Source: Octopus vulgaris
Lineage: Eukaryota
DNA: 64,000 bases
Direction: 5' to 3'
NCBI GenBank assembly: GCA_951406725.2
Contig: OX597821.1
Span: 87,792,001 to 87,856,000 of the forward strand
Part shown: positions 1 through 12,899 of the stretch, one piece after another
Layout: each line of letters starts with the position of its first letter
How positions within the stretch are numbered: the stretch's first letter is position 1
Program-made: the position numbers and the translations under genes
Notes under the pieces: generated by a model
What the model was told of the DNA's origin: nothing
What the model saw: the letters and a program-made list of their open reading frames with translations, nothing else
The model's database searches: none

Positions 1-95
1 TGATAATGATAGAAAGGGGTCGGGAGAAAGAGAAAGTGGGAATGGGTATATGTGCGCGCGCGCGAGTATGTGTGTGTGTGCATGAGAGAGAGAGG

Positions 96-133
<38 letters not shown>

Positions 134-202
134 AACAGAAACGGAGATAGAGCTGTTTGTGTGAGTGCGTGCGTATATTTTGGATATATATACATATGTT
201 AA

Positions 203-437
203 TCTATATATATAAAACTGAGAATGTGTATCTGTCTGTCTGTCTGTGTGAATCCCTAAAACTTGAGAACTACACAAACAATTTCATTCAAATTTTACAC
301 ATGCCTTACTTAGGGTCCAAAGAGTGTCATGGGCAAAAACAATATTATAATTTTGCCTAGGGCGAGCCCATAGCAATATCACATCTCCACTATTTCAGTA
401 TTACGTGTAAAAAGTGAAACAAAAGCATCTCTCTATT
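203..437 (+). mobile_element. Non-autonomous Helitron-like element, 5' portion
   Basis: Starts a|TCTATATATATAAAACTGAG followed by (GTCT)n, typical of Helitron-N 5' ends. A homologous copy lies on the minus strand at 61249-61383. No CTRR 3' end seen. Confidence 0.6.
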
Positions 438-458
438 GTAGGTTCTCTTTGGTTTGTC

Positions 459-488
<30 letters not shown>

Positions 489-490
<2 letters not shown>

Positions 491-908
491 CTCTTTTACT
501 CTTTTACTCTTTTACTTGTTTCAGTCATTTGACTGCGGCCATGCTGGAGCACCACCTTTAATCGAGCAACTCGACCCCGGGACTTATTCTTTGTAAGCCC
601 AGTACTTATTCTATCGGTCTCATTTTGCCGAACCGCTAAGTTACGGGGACGTAAACACACCAGCATCGGTTGTCAAGCAATGCTAGGGGAACAAGCACAC
701 ACACACAAACATACATGCACACACACACATATATATATACATATATACGACGGGCTTCTTTCAGTTTCCGTCTACCAAATCCACTCACAAGGCTTTGGTC
801 GACCCGAGGTTATAGCAGAAGACATTTGCCCAAGGTGCCACGCAGTGGGACTGAACCCGGAACCATGTGGTTGGTTAGCAAGCTACTTACCACACAGCCA
901 CTCCTGCG

Positions 909-910
<2 letters not shown>
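489..910 (-). mobile_element. SINE family A, full length (tRNA-derived head, CORE-like segment, internal TA/TG microsatellite, (TAAAAGAG)n tail)
   Basis: Minus strand reads GGCGCAGGAGTGGCTGTGTGGTAAG...GGTTCAGTCCC (A/B-box-like) ... CCTTGGGCAAATGTCTT ... GCTCCAGCATGGCCGCAGTCAAATGACTGAAACAAGTAAAAGAG. Many copies in the window. Confidence 0.9.
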
Positions 911-965
<55 letters not shown>

Positions 966-968
<3 letters not shown>

Positions 969-1175
969 ATCTCTTAAGCACCACCAGCTCAAATATTGTC
1001 TCCTCTACCTTCCCTCCTTGGGATCTTTCCTTCTCCTTGTTTCCGACGAAGAGCTCCGCTCGAAACGTTAAACCCTCCTTCCCTTCTTTCCTGAGCGTCA
1101 ATAATACTTTAATTGTTCCACGTCCTGCGTTGCTGTGTTCTTTTTCTCTTTTTTTCTGTGTTTTCTTGTTTGGAT

Positions 1176-1180
<5 letters not shown>
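966..1180 (+). mobile_element. Short Penelope-like pLTR fragment within (TA)n, with minimal hammerhead motif
   Basis: Flanked by (TA)n on both sides. Homologous to 13540-13722, 14493-14702 and 33040-33212. Contains GTTT-CCGACGA-A-GAGC-TCC-GCTC-GAAA-CG-TT-AAAC. Confidence 0.7.
1039..1073 (+). ncRNA. Minimal type I hammerhead ribozyme-like motif (U4C variant)
   Basis: Stem I GTTT/AAAC, core CCGACGA, stem II GAGC/GCTC, GAAA, palindromic ACGT in place of helix III. Confidence 0.6.
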
Positions 1181-1252
<72 letters not shown>

Positions 1253-1538
1253 TATATACATATATACATATATACATACATATATAATACACACCACACA
1301 CACATAAACTTAAATTGTAAGTCAAGAAACAAAGGTTGCTTTAGGAGCGTTGAGATTTATTGAAAGATGTAGGTAAGGAAATAATTTTATTCTTAAACGC
1401 AGGATAATGCTAATAATATAACATGAACAGAATAAACTATCCATATTTTGCAGAAAAATCTGTCGCCAGCCAGCCATGAGACTTATCTGTATCTTTATAT
1501 ATATTTTAGATTATCGTTTCAATGGAAAGAAAATGTGA

Positions 1539-1572
1539 CTTAACGTTTCGGACGAGAGTCTTTCATCAGAAG
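1539..1572 (-). ncRNA. Minimal type I hammerhead ribozyme-like motif
   Basis: Reverse complement: CTT-CTGATGA-A-AGAC-TCTC-GTCC-GAAA-CG-TT-AAG. Canonical core, stem I CTT/AAG. Confidence 0.6.
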
Positions 1573-1784
1573 ATGAGGGAAAAATATCAAGAAGCATAGG
1601 GAAAGGGACAAAGAGAGATAGTTACTGCATAAAATAAGCAGAATAGACACGAGCCAAAAGCAAAAGCTTAGAAACCAGGTGGGAATACTGTCTTTTATGG
1701 ATAGGGGTAAAATGTGAAGAAGTAAACTGTGTGTTGGTGCATGTATCAGAATTCATCTATCGCTGGAAGGAAGAATGACCAAAA

Positions 1785-1825
<41 letters not shown>

Positions 1826-2183
1826 ATATGTATATGTATGTGTATATGTGTATGTGTGTGTGGATGTGTGCATGTGTGATAATGTGTTGCATGTATGTGG
1901 AAAGATGTGTGGAGTTATAGTGATGTTGATTAGTTGTAATAGACGGTGTTTGTGTGCGCGTGTTTAATTACTAAGAAGGTAATGTGAAAACGCGTATAGG
2001 ATGGGGTGAGAGCTTGTAAAAATGTGTGGGAATAAAAGTATTGACGAAGCACATAGGAAAGCACAAGCAAGATGGATGATGGTATTGATGTGTGTACAAG
2101 TGTATAAGAGAAGTACGAATGGGGTGGCAAAACACTATTTAGGGGCTCGGGCGCAAGACGAAAGGAGAAAGTTTAAACATACG

Positions 2184-2406
2184 TACGAGTAGGTCCTGAA
2201 AATTTCCTAACTTTAAGGTTATCGTTAAGGGCCTGGTTGGAAGCCCAAACTTCCGAGTTCTTTTGCAAGGTTTAGAAAAACTGAAGGACTGCTGCAATAA
2301 GTGTGTGAATCTGATAGGGGAATATGTTGAATAAAATCATAATTAACTGATCTTCCTGTATTTTCTTTTACTCAAAGCCAGGAACTTTTCAGCACCCCCT
2401 CTTGTA
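2184..2406 (+). mobile_element. Mariner-derived MITE (internally deleted)
   Basis: TA-flanked imperfect TIRs (CGAGTAGGTCCTGAAAATTTCCT ... AGGAACTTTTCAGCACCCCCTCTTG). Interior encodes ...CNKCVNLIGEYVE*, like the mariner transposase C-terminus. Second copy at 29688-29888. Confidence 0.8.
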
Positions 2407-3137
2407 TATGCGTGCACGTATTTACGCATGCGTTTATGTGTATATGTGTTTCCGTGCATGTGTATTTATACTGAGAGACAGAAAGTGAGAGGAAGAGAGA
2501 TAGATAGATAGGTAGGTAGAGAGAGAGAAAGAAAGAGTGAGAGAGGGGAGAGGTAGAGAAATGGATTCGTACGTAGTTACGAAGTTCTCTTGTTCTAACT
2601 CGAGGCATCTTGGACGAATCTGCTCTGTCGTAGAAGTTGGGCCGACCAATACTGTGTGAATAGAATCTGATACACTGAAATTCTGAGAAAGTTTATCGAG
2701 TACATACATGCATATATATCCACAGATCTACTCACAAACACACAGACACGCGTGCACAAGCGACCGCAAATATATCTTTTGCCGATCGATACCGGTGTCA
2801 GGGTTAGGCAATTGTACGCAAAAGAAAAGAAAAGCCATTGCTTTTCCCACAAATTCCCTGATGATATTTGATCTACACTGCGGTACAGGCATTCCCTTGT
2901 ACCTGTTCGATTCAGAAATGCAATGAATCAGACATCATTGAACAGCTAACAGCTACGAAGCTGGCAGAACATGGAAATACGTATACATGTATTTCCTTAC
3001 ACGCACCAATACAACGCGCACACACACACATGCGTACATGTATATATGTATGTATATGTGTATGTGTGTGTGTGTATATATATATATACACACATGTTTA
3101 ATCGTATATATATATATATCATCATATATATATATGA

Positions 3138-3190
<53 letters not shown>

Positions 3191-4007
3191 CACACATATA
3201 TATATGGGAAAGAGAGAAAAAGAAAGAAGCCGGAGTTAGTGGCAAATGTTATTGAAAGACGAGAGAGAGAGTGAGTACATAGTCGATCAAGAGAGAATTA
3301 AAGAGAAGGAAGTGTGAGAGGAAGAGAGTGAAGACTGGGAGAGTGGAAAAGAAAGATGAGAGGGAGAAGAAGAGAGTGGAAAAGAGAAGAAACGAAACTG
3401 CGAAGGTGAGAAGAGTTTGTCTGTGTGTGAGAGATGGATAAAGATATGAGGTAAGATTGTAAGAAAGTAAGAGATTTCAAGGAGACAAAGGGCCGAAGGA
3501 GGTTTGGGGTGGGAGAGTAAAAACAGATTTAAAAACAAACAAATAAAAAAAGAACAAAAGTGACACAAAATGTAAGGTGAATAAAAAGACGGCGGGGGGG
3601 GGGGTAGCAGACGAAGGAAAAAGGGGAAAAAAGGGGACAGAAGGGTAAAATAGTATGTATGATAAAACTATGAAAAGGGCAAAAGAGGCAAAGAAGAAAG
3701 AAGAAGAAGGACGAGGAGGAGCAGAAGGGGAGGGAGGAGAATAAGGAAGAGAAGTGGAAAAAGATCAACAAATATGATGACGATGAGAACGATGATGACG
3801 ATGATGATGACGATGATGGTGATGATGCTGATGAAGAAGAGATGCGGTGAGATATTCATTTGTTTAGCATCAGTAGAATGTCAATTACTATAACAGACAC
3901 ACCACACACTTGGCACCCGTACATAATATGCTGAGCAAGCCGTAAAGTATGTAAAGGAACATATATATATATACGTGTGTGTGTATTTATGTATGTGTGT
4001 ATGTGTG

Positions 4008-4050
<43 letters not shown>

Positions 4051-4095
4051 GCACAACCATACACATACATTTTTAAATATCTATCTTAATACCAC

Positions 4096-4151
<56 letters not shown>

Positions 4152-4482
4152 CATGAATTGTATGTAGAGACGCATTTAAACCGAAAAAAATTTCATTTAG
4201 TTCCAGGCAACATCATGAAGAGATAATAGAAACAGTGAAAATAGATAACTGCGTGAAAGTGTTGTAGTGGGTGGATGGGGTGTTAGTTAAGTGTAGAGGT
4301 GTGTGTGTATGTGTATATATATATATATATATATATACATGTGTATATGATGCATACATATGTATTTCAAACTGAATGTGTTATTCTAGGTATGTGTGTA
4401 TACATGGGAAATGTTATATAGGCATATTTATGAACGTGTGCGTATATGTATTTCAATATATATGTATGTACACGTGTGTGCT

Positions 4483-4562
<80 letters not shown>

Positions 4563-4872
4563 TGTATATCTGTATATGATATACGTAGCAAACTTATTGC
4601 TAACATTTTATGTACGGAACATTGAACAAAACTAACTAGAAATAAACAGGCAAAAACGAACAAAACATGACTATTTTAATTAATGACTAAATTTATGATA
4701 ATTTTCTTGTAAAGTACGCAAGACAGCCCTGGGCATGTTTGCACCAAATTCCAACTTTATCAATGAAACATAGCCAAGACAATACTTGGTAAAATAGTGA
4801 TGAATGAATACTCACGTAAGTGTAGACAATTGTAGTTCAATCTGGAAAATCGGAAGCAACTAGTGATGATGT

Positions 4873-5119
4873 TGTTGTTGTTTGTTTGTTCCTTCTTGAG
4901 GAACGGTTTCCCGGTTTCCTTGGGTGAGCTGCAAGATGCAGGAGGAAAGAGAAAGTTGTGGCGAATGAGTCAGCAGAAGTTCGTCATTACCTTCTGTTGG
5001 AGCCGTTTGGAGCTTAGGTGTTTTGCTCATAAACACACGCATCGCCCGGGCTGAGATTCGAACCCGTGATCCCTCGATCGCGAGTCCGCTGCTCTAACCA
5101 CTAGGCCATGTGCCTCCAC
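4873..5119 (-). mobile_element. tRNA-derived SINE (family C) with (CAA)n tail
   Basis: Minus strand head GTGGAGGCACATGGCCTAGTGGTTAGAGCAG...GGGTTCGAATCTC. 11-bp TSD AGTGATGATGT at 4862-4872 and 5120-5130. Confidence 0.85.
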
Positions 5120-5387
5120 AGTGATGATGTACAAAAAGTTATAACTAAACATCATACGGCGAAAATAATTGAAACGGTGAAATTTGATTTAAGCTGTGAG
5201 TTGCAATACAAGTTTAACTTTTAACATTTTTTTCGTCTGATGAAGAAATCTTTTTGAGTCGTTAAACTTCTTTTGACGACTGTATAAAAACTTGATCCAC
5301 TTTTTCAATTATTCCTCCAAGTTTAAATATCGTGCTCGAGTGCGTAGAAGGCACAATTATCCATTCAATCGTTTTCTCCTCCTACTA

Positions 5388-6035
5388 ATCATGGGAGAGG
5401 CTTGGGAGTAGACTCTCCAGGAATCTCTTCCATAGGATTCTCTCGGAAGCAACAGTTATTAGAATTTCCTTCTGGAATTCCAAGCGTACCAACTGAGACT
5501 ATGAATATTATCCAACTATTTCGTTCTTGTTCTATTCCTTGGTATCCTGGTGGTTCACCAATCTTGAAAGACCGTCTCGGAATTCTTCCTTCCGCATTCT
5601 AATCACATGTCCATTAGTACTGGAGATGTAACCTCTCAATGTGGAGAAGTAGCGATTTGATATGGAGACACCCTGATCTCTGAGCTACGCAATCTGTCGA
5701 GTAACGTTTCGTAAGTGAATCTTCGGGGAAACCCATTTCCACCACTTGTATTCTTGATTGTGTACTTTTGGCCATTACCTATCATCCATGACCACTGGAA
5801 AGGACAAGCAATAAAAAAACCGAACTGAAGATAGCAATCTTGGTATTATTACCGACTTCTCCGTTTTTGAGGATCGAATGCTGAAGCTTGCGCATTGCTA
5901 TGCCAGCACCTGAAATTCTAGCATACAATTCATCTTTCAATCTCCCATCACTCGTGAATACGACCCCGAAATACTTAAACATCTCTACTCACCCCAATAA
6001 TATTTCATTAACATGTAGAGTTTATTGAGACAAGT
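5388..6035 (-). pseudogene. Decayed RTE-clade LINE, C-terminal RT/thumb region
   Basis: ORF 5782-5982 FKYFGVVFTSDGRLKDELYARISGAGIAMRKLQHSILKNGEV resembles RTE/Expander-type FKYLGVLFTSEGR..EID.RIG. Broken frames downstream continue the similarity. Confidence 0.8.
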
Positions 6036-6439
6036 TTCATGAGAGAAGCAACGGCAGACTTAGCAACAGTTTTTCCCACCCCTGGCGTGCATCACTCGAG
6101 GAATTTGATAATTCAGAGATAAAAAGATTACATAATTGATGATACTGATGATGGTTATGGTACAACTGATGATGGTTATGATGATGTCGACGGTAAGCAT
6201 GAAATCGATGTAATGAACAAAACCCTTCCCCATAATTTTCAGACCTTATGCTTATAGTAAAATGGATTATTACTACTACTGCTGAAGCACTATATCGAAA
6301 GTTGAGGCTTTGCTGTCCAGTCACAACCAGAGTTTGTCTGAAGAGTAATATACGGAAGCCTACATAATCTACATTGAATCATTTTTCAGAATATTTTTGT
6401 TCGTACACACTACATACTATAAAAGAGGTTAAAAAGAGT

Positions 6440-6776
6440 GAGACTCCCCTTCGGTCATGAATAACCATGGGATTGCACTTAGAAAGTTCCCCTCCAAGGC
6501 ACAAACCCGGGCAAGGCTCTTTATGGAAGACCAGAAGTCGTCTATGCATACCAGTCTCCCATTTTCAACCCACTGACGCTAGCCAAGGGGAAAGGCAAAA
6601 GACGATAAGGTTTGGCACCAGTGACGTCGCGACCCGTTTCTACAGCAGAGTGAACTGGAGTAACGTGAAATAAAGTGTCTTGCTCAAGAACAAAACACAC
6701 AATCCGGTCCGGGAATGGAACTCACTACGTCATGATTGTGAGATCGATGTCTTACCACTGAACCATTTGCCTTCAC
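6440..6776 (-). mobile_element. tRNA-derived CORE-like SINE (family D), degraded
   Basis: Minus head GTGAAGGCAAATGGTTCAGTGGTAAG...GAGTTCCATTCC, then TTGAGCAAGACACTTTATTTCAC (CORE-like). Confidence 0.7.
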
Positions 6777-6814
6777 ATACTAAAACAAAAGACATTATAA
6801 TTAGCCGATGGAAA

Positions 6815-7263
6815 TCATTATCAGCATGGTCATCATCATCATCATCATGAACAACGTGACCATCAACGACCACCACCACTGACACCACCACCGCGGGCAG
6901 CAGCACCACTATCACCCCCTCCATATCCACTGCCATGCTGTTATAGCTGCCTTCATAATCATCATTTATCATTATCATGATAATTATCATTGCTACCATC
7001 ATTCTTATTATAGATACCTCATCATCGTAATCAATGCTGTCGTCATCATCATCGTTGTCGGAGTTACCATCACCACCAGTAAAGCAACCACCACCACCAC
7101 CACTGTCATCATCATCATCATCATCATCGTCGTCGTCATCAGTGTCATCATCATGATCATCATCATCGTCGTCGTCACCAGTGTCGTCATCATGATCATC
7201 ATCGTCATCGTCTTCATCATCATCCTCATCATCATCACCACCACCGTCTCTCCGTCGTCGTCG

Positions 7264-7305
<42 letters not shown>

Positions 7306-7403
7306 ACACTATCGTCAAGATTTTCGATATCTTTATTTATACTTACTGTAATAAATCATTGATATCATCATCATCATCATCATCATTATCATCATTATCA
7401 GCG

Positions 7404-7449
<46 letters not shown>

Positions 7450-7610
7450 AATATATACATACACATCCATTAATCTTCTACATTGTAACCCCCCATCGTT
7501 GCAGTCGTCGTCGACGCCAACGCCACCGCCGTCGCCCTCATCACCATCGTCGTCGTCGTCATCATTATCATCATCATCATCAACATCATTAACAATACCA
7601 ACATCGTAAT
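6815..7610. repeat. Degenerate (ATC/GTC/ACC)n trinucleotide region with an internal (TA)n run
   Basis: Read directly from sequence. Confidence 0.9.
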
Positions 7611-8085
7611 CATCAATATGAAGAACTACTACCGTTTATCCTCGAAGATATCCAATGTGGATTATGATATAGTCTAAATGTAATTACGTTCCGCATTAGC
7701 AAGTGTGATTATCAAGTGTAACCTATTCTGATATCGCGAACGTGAAAAATAATATCGCAATAGCATACAGACACACACACACATATACATAAACACCAAC
7801 ACACACACACACAGATAAACAGAAACACACACACACACACACGCACACCACTCACACACACAAACACATGCATAGACGCATACAGACTTTAACGCAGGAA
7901 CACATACACTCGTACGAAGAAAATAGACATCGTAATATATGTATAACGTATGAACGACATACACTGGCGCGCATATATTCATAAACACCTAAATGCATAC
8001 GCGAGTGTATGTGTATGCATACACGTACACACACACAGCCATACATATATGCACATATATATATATGTACGTATGTGTATGCATA

Positions 8086-8230
<145 letters not shown>

Positions 8231-8302
8231 TATATACACATATGTGTGTGTGTATGCTCATAGTACACTCATGTAAACTTTAAATGATTTATTTGCTTAT
8301 TA

Positions 8303-8344
<42 letters not shown>

Positions 8345-8673
8345 CTTTTCGATGTCTGTATATTTACTTCAACGTTCCTACAATTTATTCGACAATGTAT
8401 TCATTGTTTCCAAAGCTGTGGGCAAGCTTCATCCAATTAGTGTTCAATATTTGTTTTGATTGATGCTTCTGATTGCTTTTACGCAATGTTCTGTTTTCTT
8501 AATTTTTCTCCGCAGATCGCAAATTTGAAACCTGTAGTAACGACTCACGTGGTTTTTCAGCTTCCGTTAAATTGATATTGACTATTCTTCTTTCTTCATC
8601 TTGTTTACCACTTAGTTTTTGCATATATTCGCATACGTGATACATATATACATATATATACTTAAATACCTAC

Positions 8674-8711
<38 letters not shown>

Positions 8712-8842
8712 TTATATATGTATATATAAAAAAAAAAAAAACACACACATATATATATACATATATATACATATATACACAAATATATACGTATGTGTAA
8801 GTATATATTATATATATATGTATGTATAAATTATGTATAAAT

Positions 8843-8889
<47 letters not shown>

Positions 8890-9502
8890 TATATATATTT
8901 TATACATACATATATATATATGTATGAATATATATGTATGTATATATGTACGTATATAGATATATATGCATATGTATGTATATATATGTATATATACATA
9001 TATATATGTATGCATATATATATGTATATATATGTATACATATATATATATATGTATGTATATATATATATGTGTGTGTGTGTATGTGTGTATACATATG
9101 GGCACACTCGTACTTAGACATTCTTTTCAGCAGCAAAGTTCATCGCTAGTTTTATTTCTCAAGCTCTAGTGTTTTCCATGTATGTATCGTTCAACCAACT
9201 ATACTGTCCCCATCAGATATAATTAAGTTGCCAAAAATAGTTTAACGAATTAGGGATATTCTGCGAATAATAAGGCTAAAAAAGAAGCAAAAAAATGACA
9301 TTAGTCTTGCCAAATCGGTTTTGATTTTTGAGGTATTGTAAGTTCCGCACACAAAACACATGATTTTTACCCCAATGTTGTAGATGACAAGAGCAGAAAG
9401 GATTACGTTTATCACTTTATTCCGCATCAGTTTTGTTATACAATTTAATTTTTGATGTTTAATCTTACTTTTAAAACAGTCTTATCTTTCTTGTAGATTA
9501 AT

Positions 9503-10940
9503 ATGCATTCACCACGAAGACGTTACTTAATCAATCTTAGTGCATCTGCTTGAGGCGAATACTTTCTGAAAACAAATGAAAATTTCATAGATTTTGTAAA
9601 TTGACATACCTAATTTGAACTCTTTATAATGTCCGCCAAAAAAGTGTAAGAATTTCTACGATAATGAAAAAGTAATAAAAGAAGTCGTATGTTCTTTGGT
9701 GCGCTTATCCTATAGAGAGGGCCTGCATATTACCACACTGGCTAAACTTTATGTGTTGTGAATGTGAAACATTTCAGTTATTACAAGAAATATAAATGGA
9801 ACTATCTTGAATTGAAATCAGTATGATTTTTCCCACAGCGAAGATATCCTTCATACTAGTGCATAAATCAGAAGGTGATCTTATATTGTTAAATTTTGTG
9901 AAAACATCGATACTTAGAGTGAAGGTAATTACTGTGGAAATGAATATGAATTGTTTTTTCAAATACTGAACAAGATTTCATAAAAGGGACTAATTGATTT
10001 CGTACAAGATCTCAATCTGGCTGTAGCAAACATCTCCACTCTCAGTATCTAGTCTGAAAGAAACGAACTGCTTAAAGTATGAAGCTAAAATAATATAAAA
10101 AGTTTTATTTTTTCAATGAATAGGACTGTAGCCACGCTGGAGCATCTCCTTGAAAGGTTTTAGTCGAATAAATCAACCCCAGGACTTATTTTTTTAAAGC
10201 CTGGTACTTATTGTATCGGTCTACTTATGCCAAGCCGCTAGGTTAGCGACACGTAAACACACCAACACCGGTTGTCAAAAGGTGGTGCGGAACAAACACT
10301 GACACACACACACACAAATACACACACACGTCAACAAAATCCACTCACAAGGCTCTGATCGTCCCGAGGCTCTTGTAGAAGACAGTTCCCCAAAATTCCA
10401 CACAGTGACACTGAACCCGGAATCCTGTAGTTGGGAAGCAAGCTTCTCACCACACGGTTAAACCTGCGCCTATGATGAACATGATAAAAGGGAATCCTTT
10501 CAGTCAAGCTAAAAAATCTTGCATGCTGCAATGTCAGCCCTAGGCTTCTTTAAATAGATGTATTCGTTTAACGTTCAGCTGATTTTGAAACGTATTTTAT
10601 GGCACATTGTATAAACGCTATTAATCTTTTCAGGTCACTTAGTAAAACTTAAAACAGTGAACGAAAATATCAAAATGGTCTTACAAAAGATTTGCTGTCA
10701 TGAGCATCAGTGGTTAATATTTGTTGATTGAAAGACGATGAACTACTTTGGGGCAGCAAAAAAGATGAAAAAAAAGAAGGAAAAAAACAAAAAAAAAAAA
10801 AAATAAAAAACAAAAACAAAAACAAAAAACGTTTGACTTTTTAAAATCTTGTGAGTCAGTAGAGAAAAGCGAGATCATTGGTAAAAGATGACTTGGGCTT
10901 CAAATGAAAACATGATTATCGGTGCAGGAAACATTAACAT
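9503..10940 (+). pseudogene. Decayed Chapaev3-like (CMC superfamily) DNA transposase, interrupted by a SINE
   Basis: Collinear broken-frame motifs RRRYLIN..GEYFLK..DFV; CVVNVKHFSYYKKYKWNY; DFVQDLNL..SLKETNCL; KLKTVNENIKMVLQKICCHEHQWLIFVD; REKRDHW..W...NMIIG. These match the recalled Chapaev3 order (CYICGEY, CYFCAVNVKG, RDLNLSK..SRLKEKN, YENIKMVL..HQW.ICVDLK, WDSRAK.HW). Confidence 0.75.
10100..10472 (-). mobile_element. SINE family A, diverged, nested in the transposase relic
   Basis: Homologous to 489-910. Confidence 0.8.
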
Positions 10941-11209
10941 AACACAAGTTTCGTTTGATGAATTGATGTTTTAGAGCCTTGAATAACCATAGTGATTTTG
11001 CAGATGTATTTGTTGATCAGTGTTTGTAATGGCTATGATATATATTTATAAATATATACATATATAATTATAATTTAGGGTATCTAAGAAATATCTCCAC
11101 GCTGGAAATAGCAACCAAAACCTGATTCTAAAACCACATTAAATGTTCATACCGCAACAGGAGAGAAGACAAAAGGACAAGATGAACTAGCAAAATAATT
11201 ACCTGATAA

Positions 11210-11265
11210 TTCCAGATCCCGGATTTCTGACTTTGCATAAGAAATGCTTTGCTTCTTCAGTGGAA
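11210..11265 (-). ncRNA. Type I hammerhead ribozyme-like motif with extended stem II
   Basis: Reverse complement: TTCCA-CTGAAGA-AGCAAA-GCAT-TTCTT-ATGC-AAAGTCA-GAAA-TCC-G-GGA-TC-TGGAA. 5-bp stem I, canonical core, AUC cleavage triplet. Confidence 0.6.
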
Positions 11266-11354
11266 TACACACAGATAGTTCGTATATGTGTTTGTATGTT
11301 TTGTGCGTTGCGTGCGTGAGCGCGCTTCGTGTGTGTGGGCTTGCTTCGGATGTG

Positions 11355-12870
11355 CGCATACGTATGTATGCATACATACCCACACACTCGCATGCATCCC
11401 TACCCACATACATACACGCACACCTACTCACACACACACATACACACACACACACATACCTGTACACACATACATACATACACACACATACCTACTTCAG
11501 ACATACACACACACAGACATACACCCATACACTCACACTCACACGCATACACACACACACATACACACGCACACGTACACATACACACACACACACCTAC
11601 ATACATACATTACACTTGTATACACACACACTTACATTCATACACACACACACATACACAGCCATACCCTCACTCAGACACACACAACTACCTACACACA
11701 CACACAAACACACACAGACACACACCCATACATACATACATCTACACACACACGCCTACACACATACATACACACATACATAAACACACACACATACACA
11801 TACACACACACACACATACGCACACACACATATACTTATACACATGCACACACACATACATACATACACCCATATACATACACACACACATACCTACATA
11901 CTCCTATACGCACATACATACACACAGACATACACACATACACACTCACACAAACATACACACACACATACTTACACACACACTCACCTGCACGCGCACA
12001 CACATGCATGACAAACACCCATACACTCACACTCACATACGCACACACCAACATAAACACGCACACGCACACACACACCTACACTCCCACACACATACAC
12101 ACGCACCTACATACACACACGCACGCATACACACGCATACACACATACATTACACACGTACACACACACCTACATACACATGCATACACACACACACACA
12201 AACATGCACGGACACACCCAGACATACACACATACACCTATATACACACGCCCACACACCTACATACACACACATATACATACGCCCACACACCTACATA
12301 CGCACACATACATACACACACATACACGGACACACCCATACATACATACATACATACACCTATACACACACGCCTACACACCTACATACACACACATGCA
12401 TACACACACACATGTACGCACATACACACACATATACGCACATACATATATACCCACACACATGTACACACACACACATACGCACATGCATGCATGCATG
12501 CACACGCGCACACCTACACGCATACACACACACACGCACGTACACATACATACATACACACACGCATACATACACCCATACACATACATGCATCCTACAC
12601 ACACATACATACACACTCACACATACATACACACACACACACTCACTCACACACCTGTATGTACGCGCACACACATGCACATACACACACTTCCCCACAC
12701 CCACACGTACATACATACACACTCATACACATACACACACACACACACACGGACATACATCTATGCACACACATATATACACACATACTCACATACATTC
12801 ATCGGACACACTGCCACCCAGACATACACACAGACACACTCACACATCCACACACATACATACTTACGCG
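11355..12870. repeat. Long degenerate (CA/CATA)n low-complexity tract
   Basis: Read directly; source of the spurious His/Thr/Tyr ORFs over 600 aa. Confidence 0.95.
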
Positions 12871-12899
12871 CATACTCGCAGGCGCGCGCACACACGCGC

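Noticed and set aside
680-969. Recurrent peptides YQIHSQGFGRPE / [15 protein letters not shown]
   Set aside because: Conceptual translations of SINE A, repeated wherever the SINE occurs.
5045-5119. tRNA gene on the minus strand
   Set aside because: A/B boxes are present, but it is the head of a TSD-bounded SINE with no proper acceptor stem. The same applies to SINE A and B heads.
8380-8630. Short protein-like minus-strand frame (MQKLSGKQDEERRIVNINL...)
   Set aside because: Interrupted by a stop, with no recognisable family or splice structure.
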